Of a DNA stretch of 35,734 nt, positions 1 to 7,301 are shown piece after piece. The stretch comes from a virus. Lineage: Duplodnaviria > Caudoviricetes. A program made the position numbers and the translations under genes. How positions within the stretch are numbered: the stretch's first letter is position 1; each line of letters starts with the position of its first letter. The notes below the pieces were generated by a model. The model did not search any database. It was not told the origin of the DNA and saw only the letters and a program-made list of their open reading frames with translations. The stretch spans positions 1 to 35,734 of IMG/VR virus record IMGVR_UViG_3300002092_000108. One strand, written 5' to 3'.

Positions 1-1
1 A

Positions 2-172
2 GACCAGATTAAGCACGATGTATATCTAGTTGTAGTTGCTTTTATAACTGCAGGATTTGCTAGTTGGCAATATCAACCAAACAAATTAAGTAAAGCCGCA
101 GTTGTTGCTGCAATAGGTGCTGGTGTTGCAGCCGTTGTAACAGTAGTTAAAAGTATTATAACAACACTGTAA
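2..172 (+). CDS. 5'-truncated holin-like small membrane protein
   Basis: Manual translation DQIKHDVYLVVVAFITAGFASWQYQPNKLSKAAVVAAIGAGVAAVVTVVKSIITTL*; two hydrophobic segments; follows the lysin module if the genome is circular. Confidence 0.6.
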   Translation, partial: DQIKHDVYLVVVAFITAGFASWQYQPNKLSKAAVVAAIGAGVAAVVTVVKSIITTL

Positions 173-204
173 AACTTATAAACAAAAATATAGGGGGTGG
201 GTTT

Positions 205-1500
205 ATGCAACCATACAAGGTTAGCTGGAAAGGTCAAGACTTAAAAAACCTCCTTACTATGAGTAATACGGAACTTCAAGCGTATTACTACTGGCTAAGC
301 TGGGATGGGTTACGAAGAACAAGAATAAAGTATCGAAACAAAGCAAAGAGGGTAATAAACATGGAAAAACAACCAGAACAACGAAGTCCAGAAACAGATA
401 AACTAGCTGAACTTTTCGAACGTTCTGGTATTGATCCTAACGATATCTTAAAAGTTAATCGTGTAAATCTGTATCAAGGTTACATGAAAAACGAAGACCA
501 AGAGTTTGAAACTGTAGACCTTATGAGCGTACAGTACGTTCCTAAGCCAACAGAGCTTACTGAGGACATGTTTATCTCTCAGGCTAAGCCAACTATCATT
601 CGACCAACAAAGTCTACTGGTAGAAAGTCTACTGCCGAGAAACTAGCTATTGTATTACCAGACATTCAAGCAGGATTTAGACAATACGAAGACGGTTCAC
701 TTGACCCTATACATGACACTAAGGCGCTAGATATAGCGTTACAGATTATCCGAGACACTAAACCTGACCAAGTTATACTAAATGGAGATAACCTAGACCT
801 ACCACAGTTGGGAAGATTTGCTCAGGAATCCACATTTACCCAAACCCTGAACCCGACTCTTGATTATGTTCATGCGTTCCTAGCTAACATACGAGCTAAC
901 GCCCCTGATACTAAAATCGTTTATCTAGCCGGGAACCATGAACTTCGATTAAGTAAGTACATTATGCAGTATGCTGAAAAGCTACATGGAGTAAGGCAAG
1001 CTGGCACAACTGAGAGAGTTTTAACAATTCCATTCCTACTTAACCTAGCTGACATAGATGTCGAGTATAAGAGTGGCTATCCTGCCGCACAATACTGGCT
1101 CAATGAAAGAATTAAAGCTATTCACGGATCAACTGTCCGCCCTGCTGGTAAAACTGCTGCGGCTCTTGTAAACGCTGATGAAACATCAACTTTGTTTGGA
1201 CACATTCACAGGCATGAATACGCTGCTCGAACAGCCAAAAACTTTCAAGGTGCTAGGTTCATAATTGCACAAAGCTTCGGATGCCTAGCAAGAATAGACG
1301 GAGCTGTACCAAGTTATGGAAATGGTATTGATGAGATGACTGACCAACCTATTATTGCTCATGAGAATTGGCAACACGGACTTGGAGCAGTTTATTACCA
1401 AGACGGAGATAAACCATTCGATACTCAACAGATAACTATTCAGACACATAACGGCTATACCACTAGATTTAATGGAAAGATGTACGTTCCTAATGAGTAG
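205..1500 (+). CDS. Calcineurin-like metallophosphoesterase (true start may be ATG 361)
   Basis: Motifs PDIQ (DxH variant), GDNLD, GNHE, IHG and GHIH in canonical order. Confidence 0.88.
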   Translation: MQPYKVSWKGQDLKNLLTMSNTELQAYYYWLSWDGLRRTRIKYRNKAKRVINMEKQPEQRSPETDKLAELFERSGIDPNDILKVNRVNLYQGYMKNEDQEFETVDLMSVQYVPKPTELTEDMFISQAKPTIIRPTKSTGRKSTAEKLAIVLPDIQAGFRQYEDGSLDPIHDTKALDIALQIIRDTKPDQVILNGDNLDLPQLGRFAQESTFTQTLNPTLDYVHAFLANIRANAPDTKIVYLAGNHELRLSKYIMQYAEKLHGVRQAGTTERVLTIPFLLNLADIDVEYKSGYPAAQYWLNERIKAIHGSTVRPAGKTAAALVNADETSTLFGHIHRHEYAARTAKNFQGARFIIAQSFGCLARIDGAVPSYGNGIDEMTDQPIIAHENWQHGLGAVYYQDGDKPFDTQQITIQTHNGYTTRFNGKMYVPNE

Positions 1501-1798
1501 TTTAACTAAACTCAAATGGTACTGTATTGATTTTGATGGCACTCTAGCCGAAGCATTGCCAGATTTTGCTATTGGTGACCCAATTGAAGAAAACATCGAT
1601 AAACTTCGAGCTGTACATAAAGCCGGCTATTCAATAATCATCTATACAGCTAGACACTGGGAAGACTATATAGATATTGAGGACTGGTTACTAAAATATA
1701 GCGTACCATTCAAGACAATAATTTGCGGTAAACCCTTAGCTTATAGATATGTTGATGACCGAAATGTTCATGCAGATTCAGAAAGCTGGTTAATATGA
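1493..1798 (+). CDS. Minimal HAD-superfamily phosphatase
   Basis: HAD motifs IDFDGT, YTAR, KP and YVDDR; start at 1493 overlaps the upstream gene end. Confidence 0.85.
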   Translation: MSSLTKLKWYCIDFDGTLAEALPDFAIGDPIEENIDKLRAVHKAGYSIIIYTARHWEDYIDIEDWLLKYSVPFKTIICGKPLAYRYVDDRNVHADSESWLI

Positions 1799-1998
1799 TT
1801 AACATCATAGGCTGGGCATCAGTTTTCTTATTACTTATAGCCTATTTAAAAGGCACTCACAGGCAATATGCCTACGCAAACCTATTCCTATGCATTCCTT
1901 GTTGTTTACCTGCTCTAGTGAACCATGCGTACCCAAGTGTATTTATATCATTAGCTTTTGGGGCAATAGCAATTAAACATATAAAGGAATATAAATGA
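1795..1998 (+). CDS. Small membrane protein
   Basis: 67 aa, about three hydrophobic segments; ATGA coupling to the upstream gene and overlap with the next. Confidence 0.65.
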   Translation: MINIIGWASVFLLLIAYLKGTHRQYAYANLFLCIPCCLPALVNHAYPSVFISLAFGAIAIKHIKEYK

Positions 1999-2243
1999 TG
2001 CAAAGTTTCGAGAAACAACCAGATTTAGTACAGGAGTTTATTCGTTCTAAGTATAACCAACCCCAACTTGAAGGATTCGAAGATACTAATCTGGAAGAGA
2101 TGGAAATAATTAAAACTAAAATGATTGAACAGGTCCGGGATCATCAAATAGCTATTCATGGATTAATGATGCAAATCTATAGATTACAAGAAGGAATTGA
2201 AATGGAGGTATATCGTGACAGAAATGCACTTCGGGAAGAATGA
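1995..2243 (+). CDS. Hypothetical protein (coiled-coil C-terminus)
   Basis: AAGGA SD upstream; operon-coupled. Confidence 0.7.
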   Translation: MMQSFEKQPDLVQEFIRSKYNQPQLEGFEDTNLEEMEIIKTKMIEQVRDHQIAIHGLMMQIYRLQEGIEMEVYRDRNALREE

Positions 2244-2625
2244 ACAAAACATTAGAGATTACTATCCTAATCATGGAGATATTGATTGGGAAGATGCATG
2301 GCTTAATAGACATGATAATAAGAAACAGTTATCTGTATGGGCAGAAGCCGAAGATAGCTTAGGTGAGTTTAAAGAACAATTACACCAAGAGAACTGCGCC
2401 ATTTATTTAAATGATACTGACCCTGACTTTGATTGCATAGTTCTAGTTGATTCTAGAGATGAGAATGGAGACTTCTGGTACTCTCGGATACAAGTAGGTG
2501 ACGAAACATTTAATGAACTGGTTGATGAGATAAGTAATGAAGTGATGGTCATATATACCAAGTACCCACTTCAGACTATTTCTGAATACATTATGAAAAT
2601 GATGATGATTGACCTTGAACCTTAA
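2224..2625 (+). CDS. Acidic hypothetical protein
   Basis: ORF 2197-2625; ATG 2224 is an alternative start; last gene of the operon. Confidence 0.7.
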   Translation: MHFGKNEQNIRDYYPNHGDIDWEDAWLNRHDNKKQLSVWAEAEDSLGEFKEQLHQENCAIYLNDTDPDFDCIVLVDSRDENGDFWYSRIQVGDETFNELVDEISNEVMVIYTKYPLQTISEYIMKMMMIDLEP

Positions 2626-2644
2626 CAACCCATAATAATTTTTA

Positions 2645-2754
2645 TCCTGCATCTGTAATCGTACCTTTACCAATTCAAAGATTAAGCTTTTACTTTTCAC
2701 TCTCAAAACTCGCCAAAACAAACACTCCTTAAAACCTACTGGGCAGATGCAGGA
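2645..2754. repeat. Perfect 11-bp inverted repeat
   Basis: TCCTGCATCTG (2645-2655) / CAGATGCAGGA (2744-2754). Confidence 0.8.
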
Positions 2755-2755
2755 C

Positions 2756-2784
2756 TTGACATTATTAAATGCTTATGGTAAAAT
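2756..2784 (+). promoter_or_regulatory. Sigma70-type promoter P1a
   Basis: TTGACA-17 nt-TAAAAT with extended -10 TG. Confidence 0.65.
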
Positions 2785-2831
2785 GGCTTTTATGTTTTTT
2801 GGAAAGAAGAACGATATATTAATAATACCTA

Positions 2832-2859
2832 TTGCATTTATCCACAGTTTTGCTATAAT
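2832..2859 (+). promoter_or_regulatory. Sigma70-type promoter P1b with a consensus DnaA box in the spacer
   Basis: TTGCAT-16 nt-TATAAT, TG extended -10; TTATCCACA at 2838-2846; predicted +1 about 2866. Confidence 0.75.
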
Positions 2860-2865
2860 GAGAGT

Positions 2866-2940
2866 ACTATTTGGATGGCCACGACTCAACAGAGTTGTGG
2901 ATTGTCACGCAATTACAACTCTCAGCAATGAGAGTTTTTT
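2866..2940 (+). promoter_or_regulatory. Transcription attenuator (leader 1)
   Basis: Hairpin 2879-2887/2892-2900, competing antiterminator 2891-2905/2909-2922, terminator 2917-2940. Confidence 0.7.
2917..2940 (+). terminator. Intrinsic terminator
   Basis: AACTCTCA-GCAA-TGAGAGTT-TTTT. Confidence 0.8.
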
Positions 2941-3026
2941 GCTTCAAGACAATAAAACGTAACACTTTAAAGTTCTGGATGCGTTAATGCCAGAACGCCA
3001 AAACTCAAACTCATGTGATGAGGGAA

Positions 3027-3200
3027 GAGCATAGGGTAGGTAAACACAAAAACAGCAGAGGGTATCACCTGTTGTCGGAACTTAGTGACTGATCTCAATA
3101 AGTATCGGTGTGTTTACTATTGCCTTCGTACCTTTATATTTTTTGTTGGTTCTTTAACACACTACCAGCCTAAATCTATGCTCCAAGAAAAAAGCATAGA
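3027..3200 (+). ncRNA. Putative multi-branched structured RNA upstream of the recombinase
   Basis: Nested helices 3027-3034/3176-3183, 3040-3048/3109-3117, 3052-3058/3069-3075 and 3145-3150/3164-3169, some with G-U pairs. Confidence 0.5.
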
Positions 3201-3249
3201 AACTACAAAATTACATAGTATTAAATACTTAATCTAAGGGAGGTATATT

Positions 3250-4119
3250 ATGTCTAACAACACAGATAACCAAAAGAACATAGAAACTATACTTTTAAGA
3301 TTCAACAAAGAATATATATGGCCACACGCATATTCTCAATATACATACGATAACTATAAATGGGCAGTCCATTCATTTGTTAAAGCAGTTGGGAATAAAG
3401 ATATAGATAAGATAACAATGGAAGATATCTATACATGGAGAAGATTCATGGAAGCCCACGAATATACTATTGGAGCAACTAATAGTTTCTTATATAGGAT
3501 AAGACTTTTACTAACCTGGAGTGCTAGAGAGTTTGAACTATCTATTGCCCCAAGAGATATAATCATACCTAAGAAAGAAAGTAGATTGCCTAAGACATTA
3601 AACAAAGAACAAATTATCAAATTACTTAAGTACGCTACACCAAGAGAGAAAGTTATTATAATGGTCCTATTCTCTTCTGGTATAAGACGTGCAGAGCTAT
3701 CTAGTTTGAGAGTTTCTGATATAAATGGACAGGTAATCAAAGTTAGAGGAAAAGGCAATAAGGAACGCTTAGGATTCATTGATCGTGAAACAAGAGAAAT
3801 TATTGACGAATATCTTGATACTAGAGAAAACAATAGTCGCTTCTTAATAGACTCGGAAAAAGGTGAAAGTTTACAACCCGGAACTATTGGCCATATTCTA
3901 TCTGATCTATCAGCTAAGAGTGGGGTGCATATTACACCTCATATGTTAAGACATACATTTGCAACAGAGATGATAAGGGAAGGCTGTGGAGCATTTCAAT
4001 TACAAAAGATACTAGGCCATGAGCATATATCGACTACTCAGATATATGTACACTTAAATGCGCAGGATGTTACACAAGCTTATGACAATTACCATAAGCC
4101 CCTATTGACATTAGCTTAG
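3250..4119 (+). CDS. XerC/D-like tyrosine recombinase/integrase
   Basis: SGIRRAEL (R), GKGNKER (K), HMLRH, LGH and TTQIY; N-terminal SAM-like core-binding region; no arm-binding domain; SD GGAGG. Confidence 0.95.
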   Translation: MSNNTDNQKNIETILLRFNKEYIWPHAYSQYTYDNYKWAVHSFVKAVGNKDIDKITMEDIYTWRRFMEAHEYTIGATNSFLYRIRLLLTWSAREFELSIAPRDIIIPKKESRLPKTLNKEQIIKLLKYATPREKVIIMVLFSSGIRRAELSSLRVSDINGQVIKVRGKGNKERLGFIDRETREIIDEYLDTRENNSRFLIDSEKGESLQPGTIGHILSDLSAKSGVHITPHMLRHTFATEMIREGCGAFQLQKILGHEHISTTQIYVHLNAQDVTQAYDNYHKPLLTLA

Positions 4120-4133
4120 TTATTTGCTATTAT
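4105..4133 (+). promoter_or_regulatory. Sigma70-type promoter P2 (early operon)
   Basis: TTGACA-17 nt-TATTAT with TG extension, overlapping the recombinase stop; +1 about 4140. Confidence 0.75.
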
Positions 4134-4139
4134 GGTTAT

Positions 4140-4281
4140 AGCTCTTTTACAGAACGAAAAGAAAAAGGATACGGGTTATCCAAGTTCTGTAATACTCCCT
4201 TTCATATAGAAAGAGTTATTACAGAGAGAATTAATCATAAATCGATTATAACAGATACCCGTCTCCACCGGGTATTTTTTT
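4140..4281 (+). promoter_or_regulatory. Attenuator/riboswitch-like leader 2
   Basis: Alternative helices 4147-4155/4184-4192 versus 4186-4194/4217-4225; 4171-4180 is complementary to the terminator 5' arm 4254-4262. Confidence 0.6.
4255..4281 (+). terminator. Intrinsic terminator
   Basis: ATACCCG-7 nt loop-CGGGTAT-TTTTTT. Confidence 0.82.
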
Positions 4282-4288
4282 ATCTAAA

Positions 4289-4320
4289 TGAGTTGTGACC
4301 ATCCAAATAGTCACAATTCA
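4289..4320 (+). ncRNA. Hairpin antisense to the 5' end of leader 1
   Basis: 11-bp stem with loop CATCCAAATA; 4289-4311 is complementary to 2866-2888 at 21 WC positions, 1 G-U and 1 mismatch. Confidence 0.6.
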
Positions 4321-4451
4321 ACAGGATAAATAAACCTGAGTTCGGTTGGGAAACTTATCGAGCGGTGGAATAAGGTATGGACCGCCAAAGCTAGAGTGCC
4401 AAAGTAATACAAATCACTCATTAGCAAGTAGCAAACCATCGAGGGAGGAAC

Positions 4452-4919
4452 ATTAGACGTTTTGTAACGGTATTGGTTCTAGTTGCCTTTTGGACACTAA
4501 AACCACCATACCCAACAGCAAGTGCGGCTATCAAGCCAACCAAAAGTAATAGTGTGAATACTTCAACTTCACAAGCACATTCCAAAGTTAAGGCTAAACC
4601 CTTACAAACAATCAACAAACAAATTGTCGCTAGCAATAGCACAGTGAGTTTGCCAGCTATCAAACAGCCAGTAGTTGATTCATCCGATACATATATGCAG
4701 TACATATTTGATCATGAATCTAGCAACAACCCATACGCAGTAAATAGCATTGGATGCATTGGTCTAGGACAAGCCTGTCCTGGCGAGAAGCTTTTATCAC
4801 ATTGCCCAGATTTAGGGGATAGAGCTTGCCAAGTTCAATTCTTTACTAACTATGCAGTTGCAAGATACGGATCATGGTATCAAGCATACATATTTTGGAT
4901 AAACAACCATTGGTGGTAA
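4452..4919 (+). CDS. Secreted/membrane-anchored lytic-transglycosylase-like protein (aggregation-promoting-factor C-terminal type)
   Basis: N-terminal signal, S/T/K linker, C-terminal HESS..AVN..GLGQ..YAVARYGSW..W motif; start ATT 4452 or TTG 4473. Confidence 0.78.
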   Translation: MRRFVTVLVLVAFWTLKPPYPTASAAIKPTKSNSVNTSTSQAHSKVKAKPLQTINKQIVASNSTVSLPAIKQPVVDSSDTYMQYIFDHESSNNPYAVNSIGCIGLGQACPGEKLLSHCPDLGDRACQVQFFTNYAVARYGSWYQAYIFWINNHWW

Positions 4920-4922
4920 AAA

Positions 4923-4997
4923 CGCCAGTCGTAATGACTGGCTTGGTGGGTGTAACTAAACCCGTGTTATATCCACCTAATTAGTCATTACGGGGCG
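4923..4997 (+). other. Long intergenic hairpin (possible RNase III site or sRNA)
   Basis: 4930-4941/4981-4992 12-bp helix, extended by further helices and closed by CGCC/GGCG. Confidence 0.6.
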
Positions 4998-5020
4998 AAT
5001 ACCATAGAAAGGTAATTCAA

Positions 5021-5194
5021 ATGATAAGTGATTTTTATGAAGATTTATTATTTAGAGACAACCCAAAGCATCCTATGTTTCAGATGCTAAACACTTGGAA
5101 AGACACAAAGGGTGCAATACATATAAATGTAGACCACGTTTATAGTGATTACGAATTAATTAATGGACAGTGGAACGAACTCCCACCATTTTAA
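5021..5194 (+). CDS. Hypothetical protein, 57 aa
   Basis: Manual ORF MISDFYEDLLF...ELPPF; SD AAAGGT; fills the gap. Confidence 0.6.
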   Translation: MISDFYEDLLFRDNPKHPMFQMLNTWKDTKGAIHINVDHVYSDYELINGQWNELPPF

Positions 5195-5196
5195 TT

Positions 5197-5613
5197 ATGA
5201 AAGTAACAGAACTATTAAACGAACTAGGTAAGATCCGCAGCGAAGCTAATCAGCTTTACTCATCTTACAAAGAACTTAAAGACCAAGAAAATAGACTCCG
5301 AGCTGACTTGGTTGGTGTACTTGATGACTTAGGACTAAAGCAAGCAAAGAACGAAGACTACATCGCATCTATATCACTTGTACCTAAAGTAGTTATCAAA
5401 GATGAATTATCAGCAATGGAATGGATCTATAAGAACCTACCAGAACAACAGGAACAATACATTGGTATCAAGAGAACAGAGTTTGGCTTAATGGCTAAAG
5501 TGATGCTTAAAGATATTGGTGAGTTAATACCCGGAACTGATGTAGAGACAACTGAATCGTTAATTATCAAAGCAAATTATAAAAAAGGAGGACAATTAAA
5601 TGTCGCTAATTAA
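5197..5613 (+). CDS. Gp157/Gam-like phage protein
   Basis: N-terminal coiled coil and C-terminal GELIPG motif typical of these early phage proteins. Confidence 0.55.
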   Translation: MKVTELLNELGKIRSEANQLYSSYKELKDQENRLRADLVGVLDDLGLKQAKNEDYIASISLVPKVVIKDELSAMEWIYKNLPEQQEQYIGIKRTEFGLMAKVMLKDIGELIPGTDVETTESLIIKANYKKGGQLNVAN

Positions 5614-5833
5614 TAAAGTAACTGATGTTAAGAACAGTTCTAAGACAGTACTAACTAACGTACTAGAACTACTTGAAGCAATAAGTCTAGTAACAGTAAG
5701 CATCTATGCTCTATGGGCAGGATACTACCATTACAAACTACACTCACTATTCGATATCCTACTATTTTCAGCAGGCATTGTAATCGCATTTATGGGTGCA
5801 GGTCTATTAGTTAAACACCTAAACAAGAGATAA
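5600..5833 (+). CDS. Small two-TM membrane protein
   Basis: GGAGG SD; two hydrophobic helices. Confidence 0.7.
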   Translation: MSLINKVTDVKNSSKTVLTNVLELLEAISLVTVSIYALWAGYYHYKLHSLFDILLFSAGIVIAFMGAGLLVKHLNKR

Positions 5834-5837
5834 GTCG

Positions 5838-6374
5838 ATGCAGGATTATATAATAATAGATTTCAGAAAAGGTGACTTCCAAGATAATCATGGCAACTAT
5901 TGGTGCGATGCAGTATTTAAAGGAGTTGGAGAGCCAGTAAAAATGGTGGTGAAAGATCCTACCAGCTTTACAGATAACATGACAGTTTATGGTGAGATAA
6001 AGCAACTTACATCTAAAGCCGGTAAAGAATATAACAGGTTTTACCGATCATCGAAGCCTGAAGCAGATGCATCTACAAGTGATAGCAAAGTAGCTACAAC
6101 TAGTACGACAAAATCTAACTGGACTCCAAGAGATGATGACCGAATTGTCGCTCAATGGGCTATTGGTCAAGCAGTACAGTTTGAATCAACCCGGAACAGT
6201 ACCAAGATCAACACAGAAGATATCGAGAAAACAGCTAAAGTTTTTTACTCTATGGTCGAAAGAGTTAAGACTTCTATACCTATTGTTGAAGAAACACCTG
6301 AAGCTGAAGAAGAAACAAAGCCATCAACTGAAGAAGAAGAAATGGCTTCATTAATGGCAAGCATTCCATTCTAA
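5838..6374 (+). CDS. Putative single-stranded DNA-binding protein
   Basis: Beta-rich N-terminus; acidic tail ending in IPF like the bacterial SSB C-terminal tip. Confidence 0.55.
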   Translation: MQDYIIIDFRKGDFQDNHGNYWCDAVFKGVGEPVKMVVKDPTSFTDNMTVYGEIKQLTSKAGKEYNRFYRSSKPEADASTSDSKVATTSTTKSNWTPRDDDRIVAQWAIGQAVQFESTRNSTKINTEDIEKTAKVFYSMVERVKTSIPIVEETPEAEEETKPSTEEEEMASLMASIPF

Positions 6375-6392
6375 AAGAAACAGGGGGGCAGG

Positions 6393-6563
6393 GTGGCAAA
6401 TTATCGTATAGCAATAATCATTCGGAGACAAAAAGAAGCTCCATTTGATTACACAGAGTTTAAGACAGATTCGCATGAGAATCCAGACGACTTAGAAGAT
6501 TTAATTTTTGATGAGATACCAAATTATATAGAACAAATAATTAACGAAAACTCGGAGGAATAA
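6393..6563 (+). CDS. Small acidic hypothetical protein, 56 aa
   Basis: Manual ORF (GTG) MANYRIAIII...NENSEE; G-rich SD. Confidence 0.6.
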   Translation: MANYRIAIIIRRQKEAPFDYTEFKTDSHENPDDLEDLIFDEIPNYIEQIINENSEE

Positions 6564-6566
6564 AAA

Positions 6567-6803
6567 GTGGATACTCTAACTCAATATCAAAAAATACTAA
6601 GAAGCTTTAAAAAGAACACGAGACAAGGACTAACAACCTACGAGTTAATAACAATTTGCCCGGCTGAGTACCGAGCAAGAATCTCAGAACTAAGGCGTGA
6701 TGGCTATAACATTGTAGCTGAACGAGTTTACTCAAATAACAAGTATATGGGTTACTTCAGATACTTTCTTATCGAAGAAAACGAAATGGCTGACGTAGCA
6801 TGA
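6567..6803 (+). CDS. Phage winged helix-turn-helix protein
   Basis: LTTYEL...RARISELRRDGYNI pattern; GGAGG SD. Confidence 0.75.
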   Translation: MDTLTQYQKILRSFKKNTRQGLTTYELITICPAEYRARISELRRDGYNIVAERVYSNNKYMGYFRYFLIEENEMADVA

Positions 6804-6976
6804 TAACAAAGTTAGTCTTAACAGAAACAAATCTATTTACCATAGTTGATGCACTTCATCACTGGGCAACCAGCCGAAAAGATCGACCAACAACAACTCA
6901 GATGCGTGACATATATGAAGTGTTGGTGATGATTGAATCAATGGAGGATTACTATGAGTCTCGTCATTCCTACTGA
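6800..6976 (+). CDS. Hypothetical protein, 58 aa
   Basis: Manual ORF MITKLVLTET...SRHSY; ATGA overlap. Confidence 0.55.
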   Translation: MITKLVLTETNLFTIVDALHHWATSRKDRPTTTQMRDIYEVLVMIESMEDYYESRHSY

Positions 6977-7301
6977 AGAAGTGGAACAAAGATTAGTTGT
7001 TGAATATTGCCGTCTTAAAAATTATGACTTCTGGCATACACCAAATGAAACTTATACCAAAAGTTGGAATCAAAAACGTAAGAACAAGGAAATGGGGGTA
7101 GTAAAAGGAATACCAGATCTATTTATCATCATCAATAACAAGTTAATTGCTATTGAAATGAAACGTACAAAAGGTAGCGTAACTTCTAAAGAACAGACAG
7201 CTTGGATCGAGAAGCTAAACCTAGCCAACATCCCAGCCAAAGTTTGTAAAGGAGCAGAAGAAGCTATCAAGTTTATTAATAATATAAAGGAGCTAAGATA
7301 A
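6954..7301 (+). CDS. VRR-NUC domain nuclease (Holliday junction resolvase-like)
   Basis: E..EQ, HTPNE, GIPDL, IEMK and S.EQ..W motifs; GGAGG SD. Confidence 0.88.
   Translation: MSLVIPTEEVEQRLVVEYCRLKNYDFWHTPNETYTKSWNQKRKNKEMGVVKGIPDLFIIINNKLIAIEMKRTKGSVTSKEQTAWIEKLNLANIPAKVCKGAEEAIKFINNIKELR

Noticed and set aside
2687-2698. CTTTTACTTTTC complementary to GAAAAGAAAAAG (4156-4167)
   Set aside because: Low complexity in an AT-rich genome; too weak to claim a reciprocal RNA interaction
2443-2721. 92-aa minus-strand ORF with AAGGAG upstream
   Set aside because: Overlaps a + gene by about 180 nt, has short SD spacing and no recognisable motif; not fully excluded
2747-2962. 71-aa + strand ORF
   Set aside because: Runs through two promoters and a terminator and lacks an SD; better explained as non-coding control sequence
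2626-4470. A defined attP or dif site
   Set aside because: No core/arm arrangement or tRNA fragment can be assigned without the host sequence
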